A stretch of DNA of 63,043 bases, the filler included, from Reticulomyxa filosa (Eukaryota; Protista; Foraminifera), in the NCBI GenBank assembly GCA_000512085.1. It is 17 parts of 17 records of this genome, joined end to end, with 100 filler letters (N's around TTAATTAATTAA, not from the genome) between each part and the next. Parts side by side here need not be neighbours in the genome. Positions count along the whole stretch, not along the records: positions 37,172 to 38,291 come from ASPP01008081.1; positions 38,392 to 43,101 come from ASPP01027494.1; positions 43,202 to 44,853 come from ASPP01007890.1; positions 44,954 to 48,176 come from ASPP01003715.1; positions 48,277 to 50,347 come from ASPP01045658.1; 12 more parts are not named here. The stretch is one strand, 5' to 3'. Shown here one piece after another: positions 37,886-50,347 of this stretch. Positions within the stretch are counted from its first letter, which is position 1, and the number at the start of each line of letters is the position of its first letter. The translations under genes and the position numbers were made by a program. The notes beneath the pieces were generated by a model. It searched no databases. It saw only the letters and a program-made list of their open reading frames with translations, and was not told the DNA's origin.

Positions 37886-38391
37886 TGTCACATTTTCTTT
37901 AAATAATTAGTTCATTTTTTTTCCGTTTTTTTGTTTTGCAGAATAGTGAAATTAATAATAGTTTTGAAAACAATTATCCAAAAAATCACTATCAAGTCAC
38001 ACTTCCCTAGCTTGCTTTTTTTTTTTTTGCACAAGCCAACAAGTTTTCTTACAATGTAAAAAAAAAAGAAGGACATTCTGCTAGTGTACCCACATAATCT
38101 TTGTGGATGTCTGCTGAAAAGAACTGTACTACATCTTAAGGCACAAGACTTTAAAAAGACATCATCTCTTTCTGTTGTCGCTTTGGAGCAAAGCAAAGCT
38201 ACATTTCTTTAAAAACTTACCTAACATGTCTTAGTGATCTCCACAAAAACGAATGGATCATTTTTTATGACCACAGAGGTAAGATTATTAANNNNNNNNN
38301 NNNNNNNNNNNNNNNNNNNNNNNNNNNNNNNNNNNTTAATTAATTAANNNNNNNNNNNNNNNNNNNNNNNNNNNNNNNNNNNNNNNNNNNN

Positions 38392-41300
38392 GACTAGAAA
38401 ACCTGATAGCAGAGAAGGAGAAATATATAATGGAACTGGAAACAAAACTGAAAAATGAGATTCAATCAAATGAAAGTGAACAAAAGTACAACAATCAAAA
38501 CCAAGATATACTAAACGAGAAAAAAAGAGTCCTAACAAATGAATTGATACTATTTGGGCATGGTCTATGGAGATACACAAGTGGAAAAACACTAAATATA
38601 GCGTTGAGTGATGAAGGAGTTGTCACAGATAGTATCAAATCCGTTAGAATAATAAACTGCATGGATCCGGCGACTGCAAATGTTCTAAAAAAGGAAATAA
38701 TTCAATGGATCAAAAAACAAAGAACTAAAAACATAAGCAGAGTAGAATTTTTCAATACGAGTAAATTACGTGCGACAAATAGGATTAACAAAACAAACAA
38801 TTATAATAAAAACAATTACAATGATCGCAGGAACATACTAAAGATGAGAAACAGCGCATTACACAATATGAGATATCACAATGTACAAGGTTTCCCAAAT
38901 AGATATAATAGATATAATTATAGAAAAAGATATGGAAGATATCATAGAGAAGCAAATAATTGGCAACACCGTCAATACGCACAACCATACTGGCGTAAAA
39001 TAAATCATAATAACAATACAAGATATACATATAATAATCACTGGGAGGACAACAATATGATAAATAACAGATGCGAAAAGAATAAAAGGATTAGAAGTCC
39101 ATATCAACAGAAAGAAAATGATCAAAAAAGACAAACAAACCAAGACAGTCAACAACAAAATGAGGAAAATACAAACATACATATAAATACAAACAGAAAA
39201 ATCAATGACCAAAACACAGATAACATATACGGAAATAAAAGAGGTAGTATATCGTCGGATATACATGACGAAAGGCAGAAAAATTTCCAAGACATAGATG
39301 AGGACGCGTATATGAAGAACTGACGATTTGGGGAAGGTTACGAGCGGTCGAATGACTGCAACATATTTAAGATGAGACAAATCTGCATGGATCTGCCGTC
39401 TACGTCAGCTCAATTCATGCAAGGTCTCATCAATATAGAAAAAAAGAAAACTATTAATACGTACTACAATAATAAACAAAGCATCATCGGAAAAAAATAT
39501 GAAGTATTATTTATCAACGTCCATGGTGGGTTCGAAGGGAAAACAAAGAAAAATCTGCATTCCTGAGCTTCTACCAACGGCACTTTAAAGATATAATGTG
39601 TTGCTGCAAATTACGATACAACAACATACGTGATTACACACTATTACCAAATGCTCGATCTGTATTCACACCGGGATACTACAAGACAGATAAAACGAAA
39701 ATATGTAACGGGATGTGCATTGCAATCAATGAAAAAGATACGTTAACAAAAACAAATTAATTATCAACAGAAAATATTATGATAGCAACACTATCACGTG
39801 AAAAAATTGGTATAATTTTTGTCTACATCCCTCCATACGAGATAGTTTATGATGAAAGAATCACAAAAACATTTGCTGACCTATCAAATCGTATTGAGGT
39901 ACTCGACCAACTTCAATTTCGCATACTTATCATGGGAGACTTCAATGCGCGCATCCTACAAACAGGAGATAGCTTTTTCAATGAAAATGGGCACAGGCTA
40001 CAATCACTATGTGAACAATATTCACTGGAGATACTGAATACAAAATTTACATACAAAAAGAGAACGTTTCACAAACTAAATACAAACAAAGAAGTTGGAT
40101 CTATAATTGACTACGCAATGATAAAGAGAAATGAATTGTGGAATAACATTGACACACAATTGGATATGACAATCATTGAAGAATTTGTAGATTCAGATCA
40201 CTTTCCAATAAAAGTGACGTTTAACATAAATAACAATAAAACATGCAGGAACGAATTGAAACGCATGCCTATAATCAAAATTACAAGGGACAAAGCCAAA
40301 TTAACACATGTAGCACAAGCATTTGAAGAAAAATGCAATAAAATTAAGCTAAAAGATACTTTCAAAAATTTATCATGCAATAAGGACATCAGTGATTATA
40401 ATAAAACAACCAAATGCTATGATACATTCATGTACAATCTGTACGACTGTCTAATTGATAATGATGCGATATGTTGCAATGAGCATAACAGAAGTAATAA
40501 GACAAAAATAACAGGAGACATAAATGATATATTACTAAAAATTAATGAAACACTGCAAAATACACAATGAGCAATGGAACAAGAAAAACTCAATGAATGC
40601 ATGCAAAGATACAATGCTCTCAGAAATGCCCAAAAAAAGATAGAGGTGAACCTAGCACTAAGTAACATACAAATTGCGCATAATCACAAAAACGATAAAT
40701 TATTATTTAAATTATTTAGGACAATGAAGAATCACCAATGTACCCACTCCATAACGAGCTAGGAGAACTTATTCATTCAGACGAAGGAAAATGTAAATTA
40801 ATTACATCATATTACAAAAAATTATTCGCGCATCACACGAAGACTCCTATACTGCATAAACAAAATATAATGTCATCAATCAAACAATTCACGAAAACTC
40901 ATTTGCAAGTTTTGATCAGCTAGCAGATTGCCCATTCACTGAAGACGAAGTTGACATTGCAATAAAACAACTCCAAAACAACAAAGCAGCATTCTTAGAT
41001 TGCGTAAATAACGAATTAATAAAAGCATTATCAAGGCGAAATAATGAAACTATAACAGAATTCATCAACTGTGTCTCGATGAAAACGCAATCAATGCCAG
41101 CGAAACTGCTCATAACAAAAATGGTATCAATCCCCAAGTTCATAATTCCATACAATTGCGACGAGCTTCGAGGAATCCGAATTAAATCTGTAATATTGTC
41201 GGTAATTGATAAATTAATATTATCACAATGTGCTCCAATTATAGAATAAGAATTACATGAAGAATAATGTGGATTTCGAATAAAGAAAAGCATTGATGAT

Positions 41301-42900
41301 CACTTAACAACATTACGAATAATTTTATATAATTATAAATATATCAAAAAACAGCAACTATTTATATCATCTATTGATCTAAGAAAGGCATTTGACAAAG
41401 TATGGATACCTGGATTATTATACAAACTATATGAATGTGGTATCAAAGGAGCATTATTTAGGCTTATTAAATATATATACGAACATGGAACGCTTATCGT
41501 GGAAAATAATGGAATGTGTTGAGAAGTTGTACAAGTACAAAGAGGAAATGGTCAAGGTTTCGCAACCAGTGCTCCTTTTTTTAATTTATATATCAACCAA
41601 TTAATAGCATCATTGAAAAACTGTGGCAATGCAATACCAATATATAACAGGAAGATATCATGCCTATTATGTGCAGACGATATTATAATTTTTGGTAGAG
41701 AGAAAGCTACAATTAACAAAGCTATCACAAAAGTCAAGCAATATTGCAAAATGTGGGGCCTAGAACTCAATATCAAAAAATATACTGTAGCCTCCATAAA
41801 TAAAAATAGGAAAACAATAATGGATAACATAGGTATACCAAATGTAGTTAATGAGTTCAAATATTTAGGAATAGTCTTTAATACTGATAACATATGCTGG
41901 ACAACACAAATCAACAACCTAAAACTAAAACTGGAAAAAATAAAAACCAAGAGCATAATGCATAGATTCATCGGTGGACATATCTCCATTCAACTACAAC
42001 GAAAATTCTATTTACAGATGATACGTCCAACAATTGAAAGCCAGGCAAAAACGATATCAATAAACAAGCACCAAATGAAGAAGCTAGAAAAAATACAACA
42101 TCAAATACTAGCAAAGATATTGCTCACATACAAAACCACAAATCGGTGTGCAATTCGCTTAATTTTAGGAATACCTCCAACTAGTGCAAGATTCGACTTA
42201 CTAAGATTGATATGCTATTACCGAATGATAAAAAAAGAGACAGGATATATTTGTGAAGATTTAATTAAAAGCGAGCATTCATATTTAACAAAAACTATCT
42301 CTGAAGGAATATATCATCCTAACATGTATTGCTGAGAGATAAGGATAATGCTAGAACGTTACAATATGTTACATTACTGGGACATTACAGCACTACCGGA
42401 AAACATACAATAATGGAAAAAAATTACTACGAAACACATATATCAGTACCATTATCAAAAAGATTTAGGAGAAGCTAGTGTGAACACAAACCTAAAACTA
42501 TGTAATGATATTATACGAGCAATAAATTATAATAGGAGCATATATCCGCCAATATATCAACATATATCAAACCAAGATGAAGCAACACAGAACAATCCAC
42601 TCTTATACAAGATTATTACGAATAATGCAGAATTCTGTTGGAAAAAAAAATAAAGGAAAAAATGAGTTGGTGACAGCAAGATGCAAATGGTGTAATATCA
42701 AATGGGAAAATCCAACAGAACATATAATATTTAGATGCAAAAAAACAAAAAATATCAGAGATGATCAGAATATCGAAGATAACAGTTTAAAAATATATCA
42801 AGACAATTTATCAATCATGAAACTAAAAAAAATATGCCGTTTATTAGTAGATACATAAAGAGAAAGTGAAACTTAAAACAAAACTCCCACCTCAAACAAC
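38392..42900 (+). mobile_element. Degenerate near full-length non-LTR retrotransposon (LINE): ORF1-like region, AP endonuclease, reverse transcriptase, CCHC finger
   Basis: APE motifs FINVHG, ILIMGDFNA, IIDYA, SDHFPI. RT motifs EE*CGFR, IDLRKAFDKV, LLCADDI, FKYLGI. C-terminal CKWC...EHIIFRC. Strongly A-rich sense strand, with many stops and frameshifts. Confidence 0.95.
38430..39323 (+). CDS. LINE ORF1-like basic, Asn/Arg/Tyr-rich protein
   Basis: 297-codon ORF directly upstream of and in frame with the APE start. Coiled-coil-like N-terminus and basic middle region. Confidence 0.6.
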   Translation: MELETKLKNEIQSNESEQKYNNQNQDILNEKKRVLTNELILFGHGLWRYTSGKTLNIALSDEGVVTDSIKSVRIINCMDPATANVLKKEIIQWIKKQRTKNISRVEFFNTSKLRATNRINKTNNYNKNNYNDRRNILKMRNSALHNMRYHNVQGFPNRYNRYNYRKRYGRYHREANNWQHRQYAQPYWRKINHNNNTRYTYNNHWEDNNMINNRCEKNKRIRSPYQQKENDQKRQTNQDSQQQNEENTNIHINTNRKINDQNTDNIYGNKRGSISSDIHDERQKNFQDIDEDAYMKN

Positions 42901-43201
42901 ACGTAATAATTTTAAAAAAATTTTTTTACTTTCAATATACAAATTTAAAATTATTTAATTCTAGTGTAAAATTAATCATCGTTAACCTGCTGGAAGGTTT
43001 TTTTTTGTTTTCGTTTAATTTAAACAATGAACAATGAATGGTGTTATCCTTTGAACCAGATACAATTTTGTTACCATCAGCTGAAAATTGAACAGAATTA
43101 ANNNNNNNNNNNNNNNNNNNNNNNNNNNNNNNNNNNNNNNNNNNNTTAATTAATTAANNNNNNNNNNNNNNNNNNNNNNNNNNNNNNNNNNNNNNNNNNN
43201 N

Positions 43202-43233
<32 letters not shown>

Positions 43234-43252
43234 TTTAAAAAAAGGTCCCTCC

Positions 43253-44078
43253 TTAACTTTGAGAAACAGTTCCAGAACCCCGAATCAACTGCTTAGAATC
43301 AGTTGGCAATGTATTCACAAGAGACACACGGGCATCGACATGACCAAGCTTGCGAGCCTCTTTGGTCTGAATCAAAGACTTGACCTCATTGATGGTGGTG
43401 TCGTCGAGAGAAGACAGCGTCGGACGTCGCATGCCAAAGCGACTCGCCCAAGAGTTGACCTTGTTGTGTAACGTCACCAAGTCTTCCACTTTGTGTGCCG
43501 ATTGCGTCCGCAATAGCTGGTTTTCAAACTCCAAACTCTCGTTCTTTGCTTTCAACTGATCATTCAACACTTGCAATGACCGGTATTCTTCCAACAATTT
43601 CGCATACCGTGTCTTGTCGACAAACTGCTGGCCTATCATTGCCTCTCGACTCTCATTCTTTGTTGTTCCACCATCACTCTTGATTATCGCATACAAATAA
43701 GCTACTTTTTCCAATAGTTCTTCTGCTGGAATCACTCTTTTTTTTTTTTAAAAAAAAAAAAGGTTGGGTACAACCAAAAAAATAAATAAATACATATACA
43801 CGTTTCCACCGTTGGCATATATGCTTTCAATGCCTTTTTCTTTTACCTCACCTTTCTATTTCTCTTGTAAGCATTCCATGGCCTGCCTCACTTTGGAAAT
43901 ACTTTCTGTTGTCCACCGTCCCGTCGTGCCCTCCTCGCAATGCGTCACCCTTCACTTCGATCCCGAAATTCACACTGCTGTCCGTGTGCAAAGGACCAAC
44001 ATATCTCACTATGCCCACTCGAGCATTTTCCAGCAAAACCGCATCACCTACACGAGGAAGGGTTGTTGATTCTGTCAT
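43253..44078 (-). CDS. CAP-Gly domain protein with coiled coil, 2 exons
   Basis: VGDAVLL...GIVRYVGP...FGIEV...GGHDGTVDNRKYFQ is a CAP-Gly domain (GKNDG variant). Second exon contains the coiled coil LLEEYRSLQVLNDQLKAKNESLEFENQLL. Confidence 0.9.
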
Positions 44079-46307
44079 TTTTCTTAGAATTAGCGATAAC
44101 TATATCAATTTCAACTTTCGCAAGAACAGACCTTGTCCTTTTCATGTCAAGCCGTGCGAAATATTTCGTCAGTGGTTTGTTCTTTTTTCCTAATATTTGA
44201 GCAAAGTTTATCCATTTATTTATTGCATTGTCTTTAATGTTACTCTTCTCATCTCATCTGCTAAAAACGCTTCACTTAGAAAAAAACAAAAACTGGAGTA
44301 ATTGTCACAACCAAGACTGCAACGCAAAAGAGAGTCCCTCCAAGTAATTTAGCCTATTTTGAAACAAACGAAATTGCGACAGAGACAAGGAGAGCATTTT
44401 TTTTGGTACTGGTCGCTAAAAGAAGCCTAGGAACAGAAAAACTCGAGCTTTTTTTTGGAATTTCGACAATCATTTTGAGAATTGTGAATCAGGCAAAGTG
44501 GCTCAAACATGACAAATCATTATGTATGTGCAAAATTTTGTACCATTTGCGGAGGTTTTTTCAAATATGTTGTTGTTGTTGTTGTGACGACAGGAAAAAG
44601 AAACTTATTTCGACCATCAAGAGATTTTCTACAAAGATGGTGGTCAGCAAACCAATATGTTTTAAAAACTTTTGTTAATGGTTTTGCACCGTTTTTGTAC
44701 TTGTGTTGTTTCAGTAACACTGTGTGTATGTTTGTTTTTTTTTCCTTTCCCTATGCACCCTCCTATGTTCCCCTTCGGCGTGCCTCTTGCCATTCGTTTT
44801 CTGTTTATTAATTTCCTGTTTCCCATACCCCCCCTTACCCCCTTACCTCCCCCNNNNNNNNNNNNNNNNNNNNNNNNNNNNNNNNNNNNNNNNNNNNTTA
44901 ATTAATTAANNNNNNNNNNNNNNNNNNNNNNNNNNNNNNNNNNNNNNNNNNNNTTTTGCAGATATCAGTTGTTGAACAATATGGTGGAACTTTTTGAGCT
45001 GTTTTTTTTGTTGTGAAAAATGGTTATTTTGGAATTTTTTTTGTTTTGTTCTTTTTTTTTTACTTGTAAATATTCATTTTTTGCTTGTATATTTGATTGG
45101 AAGTGACCACATTGAGATTATGTGAAAATTTTTCAGTTTATGAAGACTGACGACAGCTTTTTTTTTATTTTGTGCTGTTCAATTGGTAATTCTATCACTT
45201 TTTTGAAACGGTATTATAAACGGTTTTCTCACACAAGAAATATAAAAATTATTATTTTTTATCAGGATTCATATTGCAATTCGTTGAATTTTTTCCAATT
45301 TTGTTTCAGGAATTTTTGTGTCTTAAGATGAAGACATAATGAAAAATAATTTTTTTTTTTTACGAAATGAATTACACAATTTATGAAGAAATGTTATCTG
45401 ATGAAATGCTAAAAAGCATTAGATATTGCGGATAATAGAAACTAGTAGTTATTATAAGATAACGCATATTGTCATAAATACAAAGCGGTAGATAAGTGGC
45501 TGAACAAAACAAAATGAACTTGATTGAGTTCACTGCAAATTCGCATGATCTTTGGCCAATAACTAAAGCAAAACTTTACAAATATGACCAAATAAAAATA
45601 TAACAACTATTGAAAAAAATGAGAAAAAGTATTTTAAAACTTAGTTGGATCTATGGAAAACAAATACAAGCTATTATCAACACCAAATGAAAGTCAACAA
45701 AGTGGTAAAATAATTTTTCAAATTGTAAAAGGAAAAAAATTGTTGAACCTAGAATGATTTTATTTAAAGGCTAACACATATTTCAAAACTTCAACATTTA
45801 TATTTGAATAAATGAGACGCTTGAATATTATGTTTCAATTTTGCAATTAAACAAGAAAAGCAACAATAATGATTGTTAGTTGATATTATCTATATTATGG
45901 TTTAACCAAGGATTTCATTCGTGTTTGGTGATTACATTGTTCTTTGATAATTGGCATACGTTTTGTTTGGCAAAAAAATTTTGTACAAACTACGCTTCTT
46001 CCAATTACAATTATGTCTTTGCGTTGGTTAGGCAAGTTTTTGTCACCAATTTTATTTTGTTCTTTTGAAAATGGGTATCCTTTGATGAAATTGGATGTAT
46101 GATTACATATATAGTAGAGCAAATTTTTACAAATTTCACATAGACAAAATTCCAATTTTTTTAACTGAAGACTGCAAAGGAAAAAAAAATAATAGTAAAC
46201 AAAGGATCATTTAAAGATGGATCCGCAAATCAGAAAACCCAAAAAGGGAAACAATGCCCCTTCTATACATGACAATTATTACCACGAGAAGTAATAAAAT
46301 CAAATTG

Positions 46308-47978
46308 TTAATCAACTTGATCATCTGTAACACCTCCACCCACTTGAAAGCTGCTTGGACTAAATCCAGTTTTTTCAAGATCTTCTTTCATAGCTTTTTG
46401 GAATTCTTCGAGCGAAATCATTTTGTCACCATTGGTATCAACTTCCTCGATCATTTGAATCAAGTGCTGCAATTGTTGACCGATAATATCATCGTCTTTT
46501 TTGGAGTCTTTCTGTTCGTCTTGATTTGCTTGGGCAGGCATTAAAACTTGTTTCAACTCATTGACATCAATTTGTCCATCTCCATTGGCATCAAACACGT
46601 TGAATACGCGATTAATGTATTGGTCATTAGTGCTCAATATTTTTCTGTACCAAATGGTCTTAAACTCTTCAAAGTCGATAACGTGATCACCGTTTTGATC
46701 GGCCTGCTTGATGATTTCTGTTGCCTCTTTGCGTGCATTGGTTTTGGCATATCCCATATCTAGCAACAAAAACGATAATTCTTCGTCATCCAAATAGCCA
46801 TCTCCATCAGCGTCCAAGCGCACAAAGTGTTGTCGAATCTGATCCGAAGGTTCCGAGTTCATGTTAGCAGCCAGTATTTTGGTTACTTCTTTCTTCAACT
46901 TGGACTGATAATTGAACTGTCGCAAGAAGCGAATGACATCATTGTTCAACGCCCAATCTCCAGCCTTAATGCCTTGGACCCACGGATGTCGAATGCACTC
47001 CTCAATGGACAATCGTTTCGAAGGGTCCTTGACCAACGCCTTTTCAATGAAATCTTTGAACGCCGGGTTCAACTTCAGCGCCGTCTTATAGCGCGCATCG
47101 TGTTCAGGATATTCCACTTCGTTCGTGACAATCGACTCGAATATGTCCGAATTGGTACGTCCCCGGAATGGCGCACGTCCGGTGAGCATGACATATGCAA
47201 TGACCCCGATGCTCCACACGTCGGCGGCCTTCAAAACCTCCGCCGTCCTCGGCTTCACAAAAGGTGCGAATTTGCGGGAGACTTCCGGGTCGCGTGACTT
47301 ACTCAAAGCCAAATAAGCCAATTCAGGGGCCAAGTAATAGGCAGTGCCAACCAAGTTGTCATACGTCTTTGTTGTATCATTCGGGTCGACCAAGGTTCCA
47401 CAGCCAAAGTCTATCAAAACCACGTTTGAATCGGCTGAGGTCGATTCAAGCACAAAGTTTTCTGGTTTCAAATCTCGGTGAACGACATTGTGTTGATGAC
47501 AGTACTGAACGGCTTCACACATGCTTCGTATCAGGTCGGCCGCTTTCTTTTCGGTGATTATGTATTTTTCATCTTTGCTGACAATGCGATCGAATAATTC
47601 CCCGCCTTCCAACAGCGATGTCACCACGTAGTAGTTCTGTTCGTCTTCGTCTTTTTCCACAAATCGTACCACGTTTTTATGGCCCGTTTTTCCGTTGTCA
47701 CTCAATGCCCCCAACAGCTCGCACTCCAACTCAAACAGTTTAGCCGACACGCTCCGCTCTTTCGACATTATCTTCACCGCCAATTTTCGCGATTTGTCCG
47801 TTTTCAACTCCGCTGCTACCACACGGCAAGAGGCGCCCTTTCCCAATGTGTTTTTGAACAGGTAGCGGCTTTGGATGCCTGTCTTGGATTCTTGTTGTGA
47901 TGAAGTCTTTTCTTCGGTTTTGCTCTGAGGAGCATCATCTATTTTCTCTGCTCGTGACGAGCCAAAGCAATTGCCCAT
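46308..47978 (-). CDS. CDPK: Calcium-dependent protein kinase (kinase + 4 EF hands), intronless
   Basis: MGNCFG acylation motif. GKGASC, AVK, HRDLKPEN, DFG, APE, DVWSIG. EF loops DADGDGYLD, DQNGDHVID, DANGDGQID, DTNGDKMIS. Confidence 0.95.
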   Translation of the reverse strand: MGNCFGSSRAEKIDDAPQSKTEEKTSSQQESKTGIQSRYLFKNTLGKGASCRVVAAELKTDKSRKLAVKIMSKERSVSAKLFELECELLGALSDNGKTGHKNVVRFVEKDEDEQNYYVVTSLLEGGELFDRIVSKDEKYIITEKKAADLIRSMCEAVQYCHQHNVVHRDLKPENFVLESTSADSNVVLIDFGCGTLVDPNDTTKTYDNLVGTAYYLAPELAYLALSKSRDPEVSRKFAPFVKPRTAEVLKAADVWSIGVIAYVMLTGRAPFRGRTNSDIFESIVTNEVEYPEHDARYKTALKLNPAFKDFIEKALVKDPSKRLSIEECIRHPWVQGIKAGDWALNNDVIRFLRQFNYQSKLKKEVTKILAANMNSEPSDQIRQHFVRLDADGDGYLDDEELSFLLLDMGYAKTNARKEATEIIKQADQNGDHVIDFEEFKTIWYRKILSTNDQYINRVFNVFDANGDGQIDVNELKQVLMPAQANQDEQKDSKKDDDIIGQQLQHLIQMIEEVDTNGDKMISLEEFQKAMKEDLEKTGFSPSSFQVGGGVTDDQVD

Positions 47979-48276
47979 TTCTTCAAGGTTTACTATTTTC
48001 TAGGGTTTTTTTTTTTTTGGATTTGCATTCCTCTCTTCTTCCGCCCCTTTTTCAAAGTGTAAGTGGTTTCGAGGACTTTTTTTTTTTGACACAAGCTCGG
48101 CTACGTGTTTATTTATTTTTTGTCGGAAAAGAAAGTGGGAAATTTGATGAAAAGAATTCACAAGTTGTACACATTANNNNNNNNNNNNNNNNNNNNNNNN
48201 NNNNNNNNNNNNNNNNNNNNTTAATTAATTAANNNNNNNNNNNNNNNNNNNNNNNNNNNNNNNNNNNNNNNNNNNN

Positions 48277-49138
48277 AGATATGTTTTATGCGTTCAGTTT
48301 TCTTTGCAACTTACTGTATTATAAAAGTATCTAATTCATTATTATAATGCCATTGTTGTTGTTATTCATTTTTTTGATATATATTTTTAATAAATATTTT
48401 TGGTTTATTTAAAAATATATTTGTAAATAATTCTTGCACTTTTTTAAATAATTTATATTCATTATCATCATCTGATGTTATTAATATATCTCCTTCTTCT
48501 GATATTGTATTACCATGGCCACACCATACAAATATTAATGAATCATAATTATTATTTATATAGTGTTTCATTAAAAAAATTTCCAATTGATTTAATGTTA
48601 ATAATTCAGTTTCAGGTTTATTTTGATCATAAGTAGAATAAACATCATATCCATATATTTCTTCAAATAAATTTCGAATCATAATTAAATCTGCTTTCAC
48701 TTCAGGCAAATAATCTAAATTGTTATACTTTGAAGCTCCAGTTAATAACACTAATGGGTTCACAATCTTGTAGCATTCATTATCTTCTTTTTTATTTTTG
48801 TCTTCTGGATATTTCTTTTCGTCATTGTCATTATCTATTGTATTAATCAATTGTTATTTCTTTAATTAAAAAAAAAGCAAATAAATAAATCAACAAAAAA
48901 AAAGAGAAGCAAAACTATTAATGCAATAAACAAAAAAGAGAGCAGGTTGAATTTCAAATGAAATTTTTAATTGTTGATCATTGATAATTTCTTGTTCATT
49001 ATTATCAACAATTCTAAAATAATCATTCGTGTTAACAATCTTTACCACTTCTTCTTTCAAGCTTTTTAAGTTCAGAGAAGTAACTATTATTTCATGCGCT
49101 TTCCCTCCAAAGTAAACAAAAGCCTTGTAAGAGGACAT
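48277..49138 (-). CDS. Caspase-like (peptidase C14 fold) protein with N-terminal PB1/ubiquitin-like domain; catalytic Cys absent; in-frame TAA (possible pseudogene)
   Basis: NPLVLLTGASKY...LPEVKADL...YGYDV, YDSLIFVWCGHG (His motif), NKPKIFIKNIY (caspase KPKxFxxQAC position). Exon 1 reads KAFVYFGGKAHEIIV...LKSLKEEVVKI...FRIVDNNEQEIINDQQL. Confidence 0.8.
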
Positions 49139-49614
49139 TTTTATGCAACACGTTACTTTAATAGTTATTATGAAACAAAAAAAAACTTGAAAAAAATTTT
49201 AGCTCTACTCCAAGTTTTTTTAAAAAAACCCTTTTCATATTTTCATTTTTTATTTTTTTTGTATTTTAAAAAATTATTGTTGCAACATTGAAAACAGATT
49301 TTTTGTTTGAATAATTATTGATTTCTTCACTTGCAATAAAATATTCAAATGAAAAGACAAGAAAAAGGTTCAAATTATTCAATATATGTAAATAGAATTT
49401 TTTTAATCATTGTCTTCATTGCAAAGGAAAAAAAAATTTAATTCTTCAAATGGACATTCAGGATCTGTAAAATTGTCACTGTCAAAATGTTACTTAAGAC
49501 AAAACTATTCTTTTTTATCAAATAAGAATAGTATGCACATATGATTTTAAAATCAAAGCCATATTTAAAATAGCATTATTAACAGATATTTAATTTTGGT
49601 TCTTCAAAGTTTAT

Positions 49615-50347
49615 TTATCTACAATATTTTATAATAATTTTATCAAAATCATCAATCCATACTAATTTAATCTTTAAAGTTTGAATCCAATATTTAATAA
49701 CAAATTTTATTTCTTTTTTCGACTGTTCATTATTTATCAATCAGTTTTTTGTATTTCATCAAAATAAATAAATAAACAAATCTTTACCAAGTATGAAGGG
49801 TCCCATATACGCACGTTTGTCTTTATGGCTGTTTTTTCATTATCTCTTCCTCCAATGACGTATATATGACTGTCTTCTTCACTCAATATTGCAACACAAT
49901 CAAATGATGGACTGGGTAAAGTGTTTTGAAATGTCATCCATTTGTCTTCTCGAATTGAATACTTGTGCACTGATCTTGAAACAGTATTGTTATAAATATT
50001 CAATCCACCAAAGAACAAGATGATATCATCGATACATACATATGCATATCTAAATAATGATACAATATCATGATAAACAGGTAGTTGATGAAATTGAAAA
50101 GTGTTGTTATCTTCATCATATTCAATTGATAATCCTATCTCTCTATAAAACAACAGCATTTGATAATTTTGTTTATATTTTTTATTTGTTTTCATCATTT
50201 CTTGTACTTGTTCATTTTCTGATTTTGATACAAAGCAATGATAACATATATTACTATTAGTTGGTAATTGATCATGTTTAATAAGTTCAAATGTATTTAA
50301 ATCAAACACACTAATATTATTTCTCTGATAAGTGATAAATAACAAAT
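49615..50347 (-). CDS. Kelch-like beta-propeller protein, 3' part with terminal helical-module exon
   Basis: YAYVCIDDIILFFGG...VHKYSIREDKW...LPSP, IYVIGG. Last exon 49722-49615 reads SKKEIKFVIKYWIQTLKIKLVWIDDFDKIIIKYCR*. Confidence 0.87.

Noticed and set aside
41247-41267. TAA/TAG reassigned to Gln (ciliate-type code)
   Set aside because: Long conserved ORFs (CDPK, the 1500-aa protein) contain no in-frame TAA/TAG and terminate at TAA. The in-frame stops are confined to repeat-family loci, most of which also carry frameshifts.
44820-44853. C-rich CCCCTTA-like stretch at a contig end as a telomeric repeat
   Set aside because: There are only about two irregular units, and similar C/G runs occur inside introns elsewhere in the window.
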